Of a stretch of 64,000 nucleotides of DNA, positions 17,451 through 26,113 are shown piece by piece. Position numbers and translations under genes: made by a program. This stretch comes from Chloroflexota bacterium. GTDB lineage: Bacteria; Chloroflexota; Limnocylindria; Limnocylindrales; CSP1-4. The number at the start of each line of letters is the position of its first letter. Position 1 is the stretch's first letter. Where the stretch lies: contig PMIP01000043.1 in NCBI GenBank assembly GCA_003158295.1, positions 230-64,229 on the forward strand, written 5' to 3'. Below the pieces are notes generated by a model. That model searched no databases and had not been told where the DNA came from. It saw only the letters and a program-made list of their open reading frames with translations.

Positions 17451-18509
17451 TCAGCGCGGCGTGCGGGCGTAGGTGTCCGCGACGAGGACTTCTTCCATCA
17501 GGTCGAGCTCCTCGAGGACCACGCCCGTGCCGCGTACCACGCAGGTCAGCGGATCGTTGGCCACGTGCACCGGCATCTGAGTCGCCTCGGCGATGCGGCG
17601 ATCGAGGCCGGCCAGCAGCGCCCCGCCACCGGCCAGGACGATGCCCTGGTCCATGATGTCGGCCACGAGTTCCGGCGGCGTCTCTTCGATCGTGTCCTTG
17701 ATCGTATCTACGATGAGCGCCAGAGAGGCATCGATCGCTTCTCGGATCTGCTCGCCGCCGACCTCGACGGCGCGGGGCAGGCCGGTCAGCAGGTCGCGGC
17801 CCCGTAGCGTCACGCGCTGGGCGTCCCACTCGCCCGGGCTGGCCGATCCTATGGCGATCTTGATGTCCTCGGCGCTCCGCTCGCCCAAAAAGAGGTTGTA
17901 CTCGCGGCGGGCGTAGGCAACGATGTCGGCGTCCATCTCGTCGCCGCCGATCCGGATGCTGCGGCTCACGACGATGCCCCCGAGGCTGATCACGGCCACC
18001 TCCGTGGTGCCTCCGCCGATGTCGATGACCAGGCTGCCGGTCGGCTCGTTGATCGGCAGGCCCGCTCCGATGGCGGCCGCCATCGGCTCCTCGATGAGCC
18101 CGGCCCAGCGTGCGCCTGCGTTCATGGCCGCGTCGCGGACGGCGCGCTTCTCGACTTCTGTGACGCCGGATGGGATGCCGAGCAGGATGCGTGGCCGCGG
18201 CACCATGCCGATCCGGTCGTGAACCTTGCGGACGAAGTAGGAGATCATCTGCTGGGTGACGTCGAAGTCGCTGATGACGCCGTCCCGCAGTGGACGGATG
18301 GCGACGATGCTCGCGGGAGTCCGACCGACCATGCGCTTGGCTTCGGCCCCGACGGCCAGGACCCTCCGGGTCTTGGCCTCGAGAGCGACCACGCTCGGCT
18401 CGCTGATCACGATGCCGCGGTCGCGGACCCAGACGAGGGTGTTGGCCGTGCCCAGGTCTATCCCGATGTCACGCGAGAAGAGGCCGAGCAGAGCGTGCAG
18501 GCCGAACAT
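17451..18509 (-). CDS. mreB: Rod shape-determining actin homologue MreB
   Basis: 352 aa, with MFGL...FSRDIGIDLGTANTLVW and actin-fold phosphate loops throughout. Confidence 0.97.
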   Translation of the reverse strand: MFGLHALLGLFSRDIGIDLGTANTLVWVRDRGIVISEPSVVALEAKTRRVLAVGAEAKRMVGRTPASIVAIRPLRDGVISDFDVTQQMISYFVRKVHDRIGMVPRPRILLGIPSGVTEVEKRAVRDAAMNAGARWAGLIEEPMAAAIGAGLPINEPTGSLVIDIGGGTTEVAVISLGGIVVSRSIRIGGDEMDADIVAYARREYNLFLGERSAEDIKIAIGSASPGEWDAQRVTLRGRDLLTGLPRAVEVGGEQIREAIDASLALIVDTIKDTIEETPPELVADIMDQGIVLAGGGALLAGLDRRIAEATQMPVHVANDPLTCVVRGTGVVLEELDLMEEVLVADTYARTPR

Positions 18510-18745
18510 GATGCGAGGCTGGTCCTTTTAGAGTGGCGCTGGCGCCCTCACGACGGGATGATGGGTCGCCAACCTGGGTGTTCCGTGCGATCGTGTGGCT
18601 TGGTGAGCCAGGGATCGGATCGATCTGCCCCGATCTGTGCCGCGGGACACTGCGTCGGCCCGCTCCGATCCTGGAAAGCCTGAGCAGTATACCCGTCAAC
18701 TGTCCCGGCGCTCCCGCGGGGTCGGTCCAAGCGCACCGGGCTGCG

Positions 18746-18755
18746 GCAGTCTACC
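18746..18755 (-). promoter_or_regulatory. Candidate extended -10 element GGTAGACTGC upstream of mreB
   Basis: The minus strand reads CGGAGCGGTAGACTGCCG. It belongs to the recurring GGTAnnnT intergenic motif (see findings). No convincing -35. A second candidate, GGTATACT, lies at 18686-18693. Confidence 0.35.
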
Positions 18756-18865
18756 GCTCCGGCGCAAGGGCCGGCGTGGCACGTCGGACGCCGTCCTCTC
18801 TCCGGCGGCGACGCTCACGCGAGCTGCCGGGAGCGCCAGGAGGCATCCGGCCCGCCCGCTCGACT

Positions 18866-19675
18866 CTAGGCCGGACGATCGAAGGCAACGCCCCGGTCTC
18901 TGAGTGACACGAATCCGTCGCCCGCGACGATGAGGTGGTCCAGGAGCTGGATGTCCAGCAGCCGGCCCGCCGCCAGGGTCTCGGCTGTGAGACGCAGGTC
19001 GTCCGGGCTGGGCGTGGGATCCCCGGACGGGTGGTTGTGGACGAGGATCAATCCGGCGGCGTTGAGGCGGACCGCGTCCCGGAACAACTCGCCGATACGG
19101 ACCAGGCTCGACGAGACGTTGCCCTGGTAGACCGTCACGAGCCGCAGCACGGCATTGCGAGCGTTCAGCAGGACGACGCGCAACTCCTCTCTCTCCAGGT
19201 AGCCCATCTGCGGAACCAGCCTCTCGCCCACGTCTCGGGGGGCTCGGACCGTCCATCGGCCCTGAGGCCAGTCCGTGACGACTCGCCGGCCGAGTTCGAA
19301 CGCGGCCGTGAGCTGAGCGGCCCGAACAGGACCGACGCCCGGCACTGCCTCCAGCTCCACGTCCCTCGCCCTGGCCAGCCCGATCAGACCTTCGTGGCGC
19401 CGCAGAGCGTCCGCGGCCGCGCCCACGGCGCTGAGGCCCTGCGTTCCGGTGCCCCACAGAAGCCCGATGAGTTCGGCGGCGCTCAGGGCGGCGGCCCCGT
19501 GCACGGCCAGCCGCTCGCGAGGACGTTCGCACGGCGTCAGGAATTGGATCGCTCCGTCCAGGCGCTCTGCTGTTCGACTGGTCGTGTCCGTCTCGCCGGC
19601 AGGGCCCGATGCGACAGAGCGGCCCCGCCTGCCCACGCGCACACCTCCAGACCGGGCGGGGGAATCGATGGACAC
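18866..19675 (-). CDS. radC: RadC-family JAB/MPN domain protein
   Basis: 269 aa with ERPRERL...AELIGLLWGTG and the JAB motif VHNHPSGDPTPSPDD. The GTG start is uncertain. Confidence 0.88.
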   Translation of the reverse strand: MSIDSPARSGGVRVGRRGRSVASGPAGETDTTSRTAERLDGAIQFLTPCERPRERLAVHGAAALSAAELIGLLWGTGTQGLSAVGAAADALRRHEGLIGLARARDVELEAVPGVGPVRAAQLTAAFELGRRVVTDWPQGRWTVRAPRDVGERLVPQMGYLEREELRVVLLNARNAVLRLVTVYQGNVSSSLVRIGELFRDAVRLNAAGLILVHNHPSGDPTPSPDDLRLTAETLAAGRLLDIQLLDHLIVAGDGFVSLRDRGVAFDRPA

Positions 19676-19891
19676 CGCTCCCGGAGCCGAACAACGGAAG
19701 CCCGCCGATTCCTCCCGCCGTCCGGCTCCGGGAACGCAGCGAGCCTACATGGCGCCGCTTAGCCCCCGACCAACCGCCGCTTACCAGCCGCTACTCGGGC
19801 CGCCGGAACCCGACCTCGGGTGGGCGTCCCGGGCGGGTCATGAGGTTTCCGGCTCGGGCTGCCGTCCGGCCGGTCATGACGCTCCGATCCG

Positions 19892-19920
19892 TTGACACCC
19901 GCCGTCTCGGCAGGTAATAT
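19892..19920 (+). promoter_or_regulatory. Sigma-70-type promoter TTGACA-N17-TAATAT for the ABC exporter/TetR operon
   Basis: TTGACA at 19892-19897, an exact 17-nt spacer, and TAATAT at 19915-19920. It sits in a locally AT-richer divergent intergenic region, ~80 nt upstream of ATG 20003. Confidence 0.6.
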
Positions 19921-19950
19921 GAGCGCGCGTTCATGAACATACGCTCATAT
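19917..19950. promoter_or_regulatory. 34-bp nested palindrome (candidate TetR operator) overlapping the -10 and the transcription start
   Basis: ATATGAGCG-cgc-GTTCATGAAC-ata-CGCTCATAT. The outer 9-bp arms are perfectly complementary and the inner 10-bp GTTCATGAAC is a perfect palindrome. Confidence 0.5.
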
Positions 19951-20002
19951 ATCAGCAAGGGCCGTCGCGACGAGTCGTCAAGGGCGGCTCATGGAGGTAG
20001 AC

Positions 20003-20911
20003 ATGACCGATATTGCGGTGCGGCAAGTGAGCAAACGCTTTGGGAGCGTTCGCGCGGTGGAAGGGCTCAGCTTCAACGCGCCGGCGGGGAAGGTGACCGG
20101 CTTTCTGGGCCCCAACGGGGCGGGCAAGACCACGACCCTCAGAATGCTGCTCGGTCTCGTTCGGCCTACCGCCGGCGAAGCCCTGATCGGGGGCATCCGG
20201 TACGACCGACTGCGCGATCCGACACGGGTCGTAGGCGCGGTGCTCGAGTACAGCGCGTCGAACCCGGGCCGGACGGGCCGGGACCAGCTGCGCGTGCTCG
20301 CGGCCGTGACGGGCGCGCCGACGAAGCGCGTGGACGAGGTGATCGCCCAGGTGGATCTCGGCGACGCGATGAACCGGCGCGTGAGTGGCTACTCGACGGG
20401 GATGCGGCAGCGCCTGGGGTTGGCGGCCGCGTTGCTCGGCGATCCGGACGTGTTGATCCTCGACGAGCCGGCGAACGGCCTGGACCCCGAAGGGATCGCC
20501 TGGCTGAGGAACCTGCTGCGACGCTGCGCCGCCGACGGCCGGACGATCCTCATCTCGAGCCACGTTCTGAGCGAGATCGCCCAAACGGTCGATCGCGTGG
20601 TCATCATCAGTCGCGGCGAGCTGCGCTTCGCCGGTCCTCTCACCGAGCTCGGCGACGGCGTTGTCAGCGTCCGGACGGGAGAGCTCGAGCAGCTGCGCGG
20701 GCTACTGGGCCGCCAGGGCTACTCAGTGAGCGTGACCGGCGCGACGAGCCTGGACGTGCGCGGCGCGACGGCAGAGGAGATCGGGCGACTGGCCGCAAGC
20801 CAGCAGATCGCGCTGTCGGGCCTAGCCGAGGCCGGCGCATCGCTCGAAGCGTCCTTCCTGAGGCTTACCGGCGCCGACGAGTCCGGTCGACGTCCGGTCG
20901 CAACCAACTGA
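20003..20911 (+). CDS. ABC transporter ATP-binding protein
   Basis: Walker A GPNGAGKTT, signature YSTGMRQRL, Walker B VLILDEP. ATG 20003 lies 5 nt after GGAGG. The track start, 19991, is an alternative. Confidence 0.92.
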   Translation: MTDIAVRQVSKRFGSVRAVEGLSFNAPAGKVTGFLGPNGAGKTTTLRMLLGLVRPTAGEALIGGIRYDRLRDPTRVVGAVLEYSASNPGRTGRDQLRVLAAVTGAPTKRVDEVIAQVDLGDAMNRRVSGYSTGMRQRLGLAAALLGDPDVLILDEPANGLDPEGIAWLRNLLRRCAADGRTILISSHVLSEIAQTVDRVVIISRGELRFAGPLTELGDGVVSVRTGELEQLRGLLGRQGYSVSVTGATSLDVRGATAEEIGRLAASQQIALSGLAEAGASLEASFLRLTGADESGRRPVATN

Positions 20912-20923
20912 GGAGAAGACAAG

Positions 20924-21649
20924 ATGTTCACGCTCATCAATGCGGAGATCCTGAAACTGCGTACGGTCCGCTGGCCGTGGGTTCTGCTTGCGGTTCAGCT
21001 GGTCCTGGTGGCCGCGGGCGTCAGCGGGTTCGCGATAGCCAGCGGAAGCAAACCGATGGACGTCCGACTGGCCCTCCAGCACGTCGGCTTGACCTCGATG
21101 CTCGGCCTGGTCCTGGGGATAATGGCCGTCGCCGGCGAGTACCGCGATCACACGATCACGGACACGTTCCTGGCCACTCCCCGGCGCTCGCGAGTGATTG
21201 TCGCCAAGGCGGTGACCTTCACGGCGCTCGGGTTCTTGTTCGCCGTCCTGACGGCGGCGGTCGCGCTCGCTGTTACGGCGGCATGGCTCTCGGTGCGCGG
21301 CTCGTCGCTCGACACGTCGAGCGCCATCGTCTGGCAGACGCTGCTCGGGGCGGTGCTTTGGAACGCGTCCTTCACGGCCATTGGCGTCGGCCTCGGTGCG
21401 TGGCTCCCCAACCTGGCCGGGGCGATTTCCGCTGGCCTGGTCTGGATCGCGATCGTCGAAGGGATCGTGGCGAACCTGGTCGGGAACGACCTGGCGCGCT
21501 GGCTTCCGGTCGCCGCGGGTCGCGCGCTCGAGAACGTGGCCGCGCCCGGTCTCCTGGCGCCGTGGGCCGGCGGGCTAGTCCTGGCCGCCTACGCATTCGG
21601 GTTCGCCGCGTTTGCCGTTGCCGCTACAGTACGTCGCGATGTCACCTAG
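20924..21649 (+). CDS. ABC-2 type transporter permease
   Basis: 241 aa with about 6 hydrophobic helices. GAGGAG lies upstream of the ATG, which is 12 nt after the ATPase stop. Confidence 0.85.
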   Translation: MFTLINAEILKLRTVRWPWVLLAVQLVLVAAGVSGFAIASGSKPMDVRLALQHVGLTSMLGLVLGIMAVAGEYRDHTITDTFLATPRRSRVIVAKAVTFTALGFLFAVLTAAVALAVTAAWLSVRGSSLDTSSAIVWQTLLGAVLWNASFTAIGVGLGAWLPNLAGAISAGLVWIAIVEGIVANLVGNDLARWLPVAAGRALENVAAPGLLAPWAGGLVLAAYAFGFAAFAVAATVRRDVT

Positions 21650-22283
21650 ACGTGCCAGGGCGGTGAGTGGCCGGGTCGGCGACGACCCGGCCACGGCGCT
21701 CCGTGAGCATCTGATCGATGCCGCGGGGCGCCTGCTTGGGCAGGCTCCGATCTCCGCGATCACAACGCGGGAGATAGCTCGAACGGCCGGCGTCTCCGAC
21801 GGCGTCCTCTACAACTACTTCGCCGACAAGAACGAGCTCCTGCTGGCGGCTCTCATGCGCCGGTACGTCAGCCTGACCGAGCGTTTCTACGCCCAGCTCC
21901 CCGAGCCTGGTAGCGCGACCATCGAGGAGAACCTGACCGCGCTGGCAGGCGGACTTTTCGAGCTGGCTGCGGATGTGGTCCCGATGATCGCCGGGCTGGT
22001 GTCCGACCCGCCCTTGCTCCACCGGCTGTTCGAGGCGATGCATCGCGAGCCGTTCGGGCCGCAGCAGCTGAGCGAGCCGCTCGTCAAGTATCTCGAGGCG
22101 GAGCAGCGCCTGGGTCGGGTGTCGGCGGAGATCGACCTGCATGCGGTCTCCTGGCTGCTCCTCGGCCCGACGGCGATGCTCGGATTGGCGAGTCACATGG
22201 GGTCGCCGCGGGGCGGGCCAGACGAGCCCGAGCAACTGCACCAGTTCGTCGTGGCGCTCATCACGGGTCTGAGGCCCGAATAG
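21639..22283 (+). CDS. TetR/AcrR-family transcriptional regulator
   Basis: HTH ITTREIARTAGVSDGVLYNYFADKNELL. ATG 21639 overlaps the permease end by 11 nt. The track start, 21612, is an alternative. Confidence 0.88.
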   Translation: MSPRRARAVSGRVGDDPATALREHLIDAAGRLLGQAPISAITTREIARTAGVSDGVLYNYFADKNELLLAALMRRYVSLTERFYAQLPEPGSATIEENLTALAGGLFELAADVVPMIAGLVSDPPLLHRLFEAMHREPFGPQQLSEPLVKYLEAEQRLGRVSAEIDLHAVSWLLLGPTAMLGLASHMGSPRGGPDEPEQLHQFVVALITGLRPE

Positions 22284-22420
22284 CCAAAGTCGACCGGGCC
22301 GCGACACTGCCGTTCCGCGGCGAGTGGACGGTTCGGTGGAGAGCCCAGACGCGACCGGTATCCGGGAAGCTCGCAATGACCCGCTGCCCGGTCGCGGCGT
22401 CCGGCGGCCTGGTTCCGCCG

Positions 22421-23929
22421 TCAGGAGTTAAGGAGCGACAGGGCCTGGATCAACCCGTTGAACGAGGCGTGCAGAGTCCCCGACGCGAGAATCGAGCGAC
22501 GCCTGAAGTAGAGCCAGGTGAGCGCGATCGAGACCGGGACGCGCGCCCCGAAGTTGAAGAGGGCCGCTCGCAGAGCCAGCCCCGGTTCGGTGCTGGTCAC
22601 GTTGAGGATGTGGATAAAGGCGAAGAAGAGGGCGGCTCGAAGAATGGCCGAGTTCCGACCGAGCGATCGGCCCCAGGCATTCGTGGCGAAGCCGCGGAAG
22701 AAGATCTCCTCTCCGATGGGCACGATCACCGCGACGGCGAAGATGGCGATCAGCGGGTCCAGGCCACCAGATGAGGTTGGCACCGGCGAAGAGAGGTCCC
22801 TCGCCTTGAGGCCCAGAACCAGCATCAGCGCCTGGTTGACGATGCCCGACACGAACACGATCGGCAGCAGCATCGCCAGTGCCAGAAGGATGTCGCCGAT
22901 TCGACCGCGAGCGCGTGACTGCCGGTCCGAGGTCGGCGGAGCGACCGGGTCGCCGAACGCGGGCTGCGGGGATGTCGATGCCCAGTCGTCCGGATCGGGA
23001 GCCAATCGGCTGGGCCGTATCACGTCCCGCCAGGTGAGGGCTCCCGGCCTGACCGCCAGGAAGTGGACCAGTCCGATGTAGGACCCCAGGTAGACGAGGA
23101 GCAGCAGCAAGATTCCAGTGGCTGAATCCGTGTCCACACCGGCCGTCTTGAGGAAGCCTGCGAGAGGCTCGCCCAGCCCTGTAACGACGGCCAGAAGGGC
23201 CGCCATCACCAGGAACGGCGAGGGACCGGCATAGTCATGCCATCCGTCCGCGCGCCGCTGGCGTGACTGCGCAATCGCCAGGAGGATCAGCCCGACGGCC
23301 GCGACGGCGCAGATCGTCTCCACGAGTATCCAGGCCGGGAGTGAGGCGAGCCCCAGCTTCCAGCCCATCCGAGGCGCCAACTCCAGAGAGAGGAGAGCCA
23401 GCAAGCCCGGCAAGCCCAAGGCCAGGCCTACCGAGTAGAGCGTTGGAGAGGCGCGTCCGTCGGAAGATAGGATGCTTCGTCGCGGCGCCGGCGAGTGGAA
23501 CCGACCCGGCGGCTCGAGCACGGGCGGCACGGCAGGAGGGTTGGAGTATCCCCAGGGGACATAGCCGGGCACGGTTCCCGACGAAGGAGCCCACGAGGCG
23601 GGGTATGGGGCCGGCCAGGCGAACGGCGCCGGTGCCGCCTGCCAGACGTCCCACGATCCAGGCTGCCAGGGGGCATATGGCGGCCGGCCCGGCACTGCCT
23701 GCGGTGGTCCGGCTGGAGGCACCTGCCAGCCCCGCGGCGGCGGTCCGTTGACCCCGGGCGGAGCTTGCCCCCCCTGCTGCGGTTGGCTGGCGCGGGCGGT
23801 CCCACCGGGCGAAGACTCGACCGATCGGATCCCTTCGGTTGCCGGGCGCTCGGTGCGCCCGCCGTCGCCGATCGTCTCGGCGTCAGGTCCCGCGCTGTGC
23901 CGGTCTTGCTGCCGAGGATCGTCGGCCAT
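22421..23929 (-). CDS. CPBP-family (CAAX/Abi) intramembrane glutamic endopeptidase with a Pro-rich N-terminal region
   Basis: 502 aa. The C-terminal motifs are PIGEEIFFRGF, FAFIHI and HASFN. The N-terminal ~170 aa are Pro/Gly/Trp-rich (PPGVNGPPPRGWQVPPAGPPQAVPGRPPYAPWQPGSWDVW). Confidence 0.85.
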   Translation of the reverse strand: MADDPRQQDRHSAGPDAETIGDGGRTERPATEGIRSVESSPGGTARASQPQQGGQAPPGVNGPPPRGWQVPPAGPPQAVPGRPPYAPWQPGSWDVWQAAPAPFAWPAPYPASWAPSSGTVPGYVPWGYSNPPAVPPVLEPPGRFHSPAPRRSILSSDGRASPTLYSVGLALGLPGLLALLSLELAPRMGWKLGLASLPAWILVETICAVAAVGLILLAIAQSRQRRADGWHDYAGPSPFLVMAALLAVVTGLGEPLAGFLKTAGVDTDSATGILLLLLVYLGSYIGLVHFLAVRPGALTWRDVIRPSRLAPDPDDWASTSPQPAFGDPVAPPTSDRQSRARGRIGDILLALAMLLPIVFVSGIVNQALMLVLGLKARDLSSPVPTSSGGLDPLIAIFAVAVIVPIGEEIFFRGFATNAWGRSLGRNSAILRAALFFAFIHILNVTSTEPGLALRAALFNFGARVPVSIALTWLYFRRRSILASGTLHASFNGLIQALSLLNS

Positions 23930-23961
23930 GAGGCGAGACAGGGCCTCCGAGGATCGTTCCC

Positions 23962-24564
23962 TCAGCCGCCAACGGCGGGCTTTCTGTCGGTGATCCTACC
24001 GCCCGCCGGCTGCGCGGGCGCGGCACCCACGACGGGGGCGGGAACGTAGCCTGTCTGGACTGCGGCCCGTTCGGCCACGACGGCGCGCTCGAAGTCCTTG
24101 CCGCACCAGGCGCAGATGGTCCAGTCCAGGCCCACGAGCTTGCTGCAGTTCGGGCAGACCCGGTTCAGTCGGGTGCGGCACCAGGGGCAGATGATCCATT
24201 CGGCGTTGACGCGCCGATCGCAGTTGCGGCAGGTCTTGATCGCCTCGACCTCGGCCAGCAGCGCCTCCTCGGCGAGGTTGCGCTCGTAGATCTCGCCGAG
24301 TCTCTCCGGCGGCCGAATGACCCGGTAGACGACCACGCCCAGCGCAAACAGGAAAGGCGTGCACAGGATGATCAGGCCGGCGGCGACGTATGGGAGGACG
24401 GGGTTCTCGCTCCGCTCGTGCATGTCCCGAAAGGCCCAGAAGGCGGCCGCGAGCCAGACGACGAAGAGGTAGAGGATGGCCGCCGTCACGAACAGCTGGA
24501 CTATCGCGCTCGAAAAGAACGTGCCGAAGGCGTTTCCCGCCAGGCCGGTCAGATCGGTTGACAT
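23962..24564 (-). CDS. Membrane protein with a C-terminal double zinc ribbon
   Basis: 200 aa. Three N-terminal TM helices are followed by CRNCDRRV...CPWCRTRL..CPNCSKLV...CAWCGKDF. Confidence 0.75.
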   Translation of the reverse strand: MSTDLTGLAGNAFGTFFSSAIVQLFVTAAILYLFVVWLAAAFWAFRDMHERSENPVLPYVAAGLIILCTPFLFALGVVVYRVIRPPERLGEIYERNLAEEALLAEVEAIKTCRNCDRRVNAEWIICPWCRTRLNRVCPNCSKLVGLDWTICAWCGKDFERAVVAERAAVQTGYVPAPVVGAAPAQPAGGRITDRKPAVGG

Positions 24565-24626
24565 CGGGCTCGTTCTCTCTCGGCTCTATCCTCGCGTGGC
24601 GTCCGCACGCTTGGTAAGGCACTTGG

Positions 24627-24637
24627 CAAGTCTACCA
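24627..24637 (-). promoter_or_regulatory. Candidate extended -10 element TGGTAGACTTG upstream of 23962-24564
   Basis: The minus strand reads GGGCCCTGGTAGACTTGCC, ~60 nt upstream of ATG 24564. The 10-mer is identical to the one upstream of guaA. Confidence 0.4.
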
Positions 24638-24727
24638 GGGCCCGAATTGGCTCCGGCTCCGACTCACGGCCTGTGACGCCGCGGAACCGCCAAGGGTGAC
24701 GCGCCTGGACGCACGAGGTCTCTCGAC

Positions 24728-26041
24728 TCAGCCCGCGGTCGCGTCGTTCCCGGGAGGGAAGAAGAGAGACACGATCGAACCGGCCAGCAGCAGGAACGCC
24801 GCAACGATCAGAACGAGGATGCCCGTCCCGAACCCGAACTGCGGCGGCAGAGTCGCGTAGAGCAGGCCGACGCCGAGGTAGAGACCGCCCAGGAGCATCG
24901 GCAGGATCACGTCGGTGACGCGGCCCATCACGAAGGCCAGGCTCGGAAATCGCTGCTGGGCCCGATCGCTGCCGACCGCTGCGCCGAGGGTGAGCCCGGT
25001 CAGCAGAACAAGTGGGATCGCGGCCGGCATCCCCCAGGCCCACTGATTGGGTTGTGGCAGCGAGCCCGCGCTGGCGACCGTCCCGATACCGACTCCCGAT
25101 GAGCCGGCCCAGGGCAAGAAGAGACTGACGAAGCCGACAACTCCGCCGGCGGCCACGAATCCGAACGCCACCAGCTCGGTGGCGGACTCCTTGCGAGCGG
25201 GTTGTGCCGCTCTCGGAATCGCCTTGGGCGCTGGAGGAGAGGGCGCCACGCCCGGTTGTGGGATCGGAGGCGCCGCGATCGCCGGGGCGGATGGCGCAAA
25301 CATCGCCGGGGCGGATGGCGCCGGTGGCGGCAGCGGCCCGGGCTCCTGGGGTGTCGTCGGCAGGGGCGAGCCTGTGTTGGCCGGGCTGATCGGGACCGCA
25401 CCGATTGAGGCGCCCATGCTCGAGCCCATGGGTCGGCCGTCCGAACGTTCTTCGTCCCGTCCCAGCGGTGCCCATCCCGAGCCACGATAGGTTGCCGACG
25501 GTGCGAGGTAGCCGCCCGGGATGTGGCCCGTGGCATCGTCGATGGGCTCCGGTTCAGGCGGCTCGGGGGCCGCCGGCCGCTCGCTCATCGACTGCAGGTC
25601 GAGATGCCAGTTGGCGGGCATGTGGACCGGCGGAGCGATCGGGTTGCGGACTCGGGGCTCGTCGGCAGGGGCCGGGCGAAGGCCGGCGGCCACGCGAAGG
25701 TCCGTGGGCGCGGCGGCGGGCGGGAAGGCTGGCGCAACGGGCGGGAAGGCTGGCGCAACGGGCGGGAAGGCTGGCGCAACGGGCGGGAAGGCCGGGGCGG
25801 CGGCCTGCTCAGCCACAGCCTCGGTCGAGGACTGGGCGGGCGCCGCTTCGCTGGGGGCGGCCTTGCGAGCTCTCCACCTCTTCCGCTTCGCCTCCGGGGC
25901 CGCAGTCTCGGTCGCGGCAGAGGCCTCGGGCCCGGCTTCGCCTTCGCTCTTGCCTGGCAGAGGCGCGCCGCAGCCGGAGCAGGTCGTCTCGCCCGGGAGA
26001 ATGGGCGACGAGCATTTCGGGCAGAACCGTGGGTCGATCAC
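24728..26041 (-). CDS. Zinc-ribbon / proline-rich / multi-pass membrane protein
   Basis: GTG 26041 lies 6 nt after GGAGG. The N-terminus is MIDPRFCPKCSS...CSGCGAPL. It is followed by a Pro/Ala-rich linker with FPPVAPA heptad repeats and ~5 C-terminal TM helices. Confidence 0.75.
   Translation of the reverse strand: MIDPRFCPKCSSPILPGETTCSGCGAPLPGKSEGEAGPEASAATETAAPEAKRKRWRARKAAPSEAAPAQSSTEAVAEQAAAPAFPPVAPAFPPVAPAFPPVAPAFPPAAAPTDLRVAAGLRPAPADEPRVRNPIAPPVHMPANWHLDLQSMSERPAAPEPPEPEPIDDATGHIPGGYLAPSATYRGSGWAPLGRDEERSDGRPMGSSMGASIGAVPISPANTGSPLPTTPQEPGPLPPPAPSAPAMFAPSAPAIAAPPIPQPGVAPSPPAPKAIPRAAQPARKESATELVAFGFVAAGGVVGFVSLFLPWAGSSGVGIGTVASAGSLPQPNQWAWGMPAAIPLVLLTGLTLGAAVGSDRAQQRFPSLAFVMGRVTDVILPMLLGGLYLGVGLLYATLPPQFGFGTGILVLIVAAFLLLAGSIVSLFFPPGNDATAG
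25718..25801. repeat. 21-nt perfect tandem repeat (three identical units plus one variant)
   Basis: gggcgggaaggctggcgcaac at 25718-25738, 25739-25759 and 25760-25780, plus a variant unit. It encodes in-frame (A)FPPVAP heptads on the minus strand. Confidence 0.9.
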
Positions 26042-26113
26042 GCGGGTCCTCCGCTCAAGACGGCCGGAACGGCCGGCCGCGCATGCCGAGGTTTCCCGTC
26101 ACGCGGCATCGAG

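Noticed and set aside
15749-17656. 635-aa plus-strand ORF antisense to rmlA and mreC
   Set aside because: It has Arg/Gly/Asp-rich low-information composition and no recognisable motif. The opposite strand encodes unmistakable RmlA and MreC.
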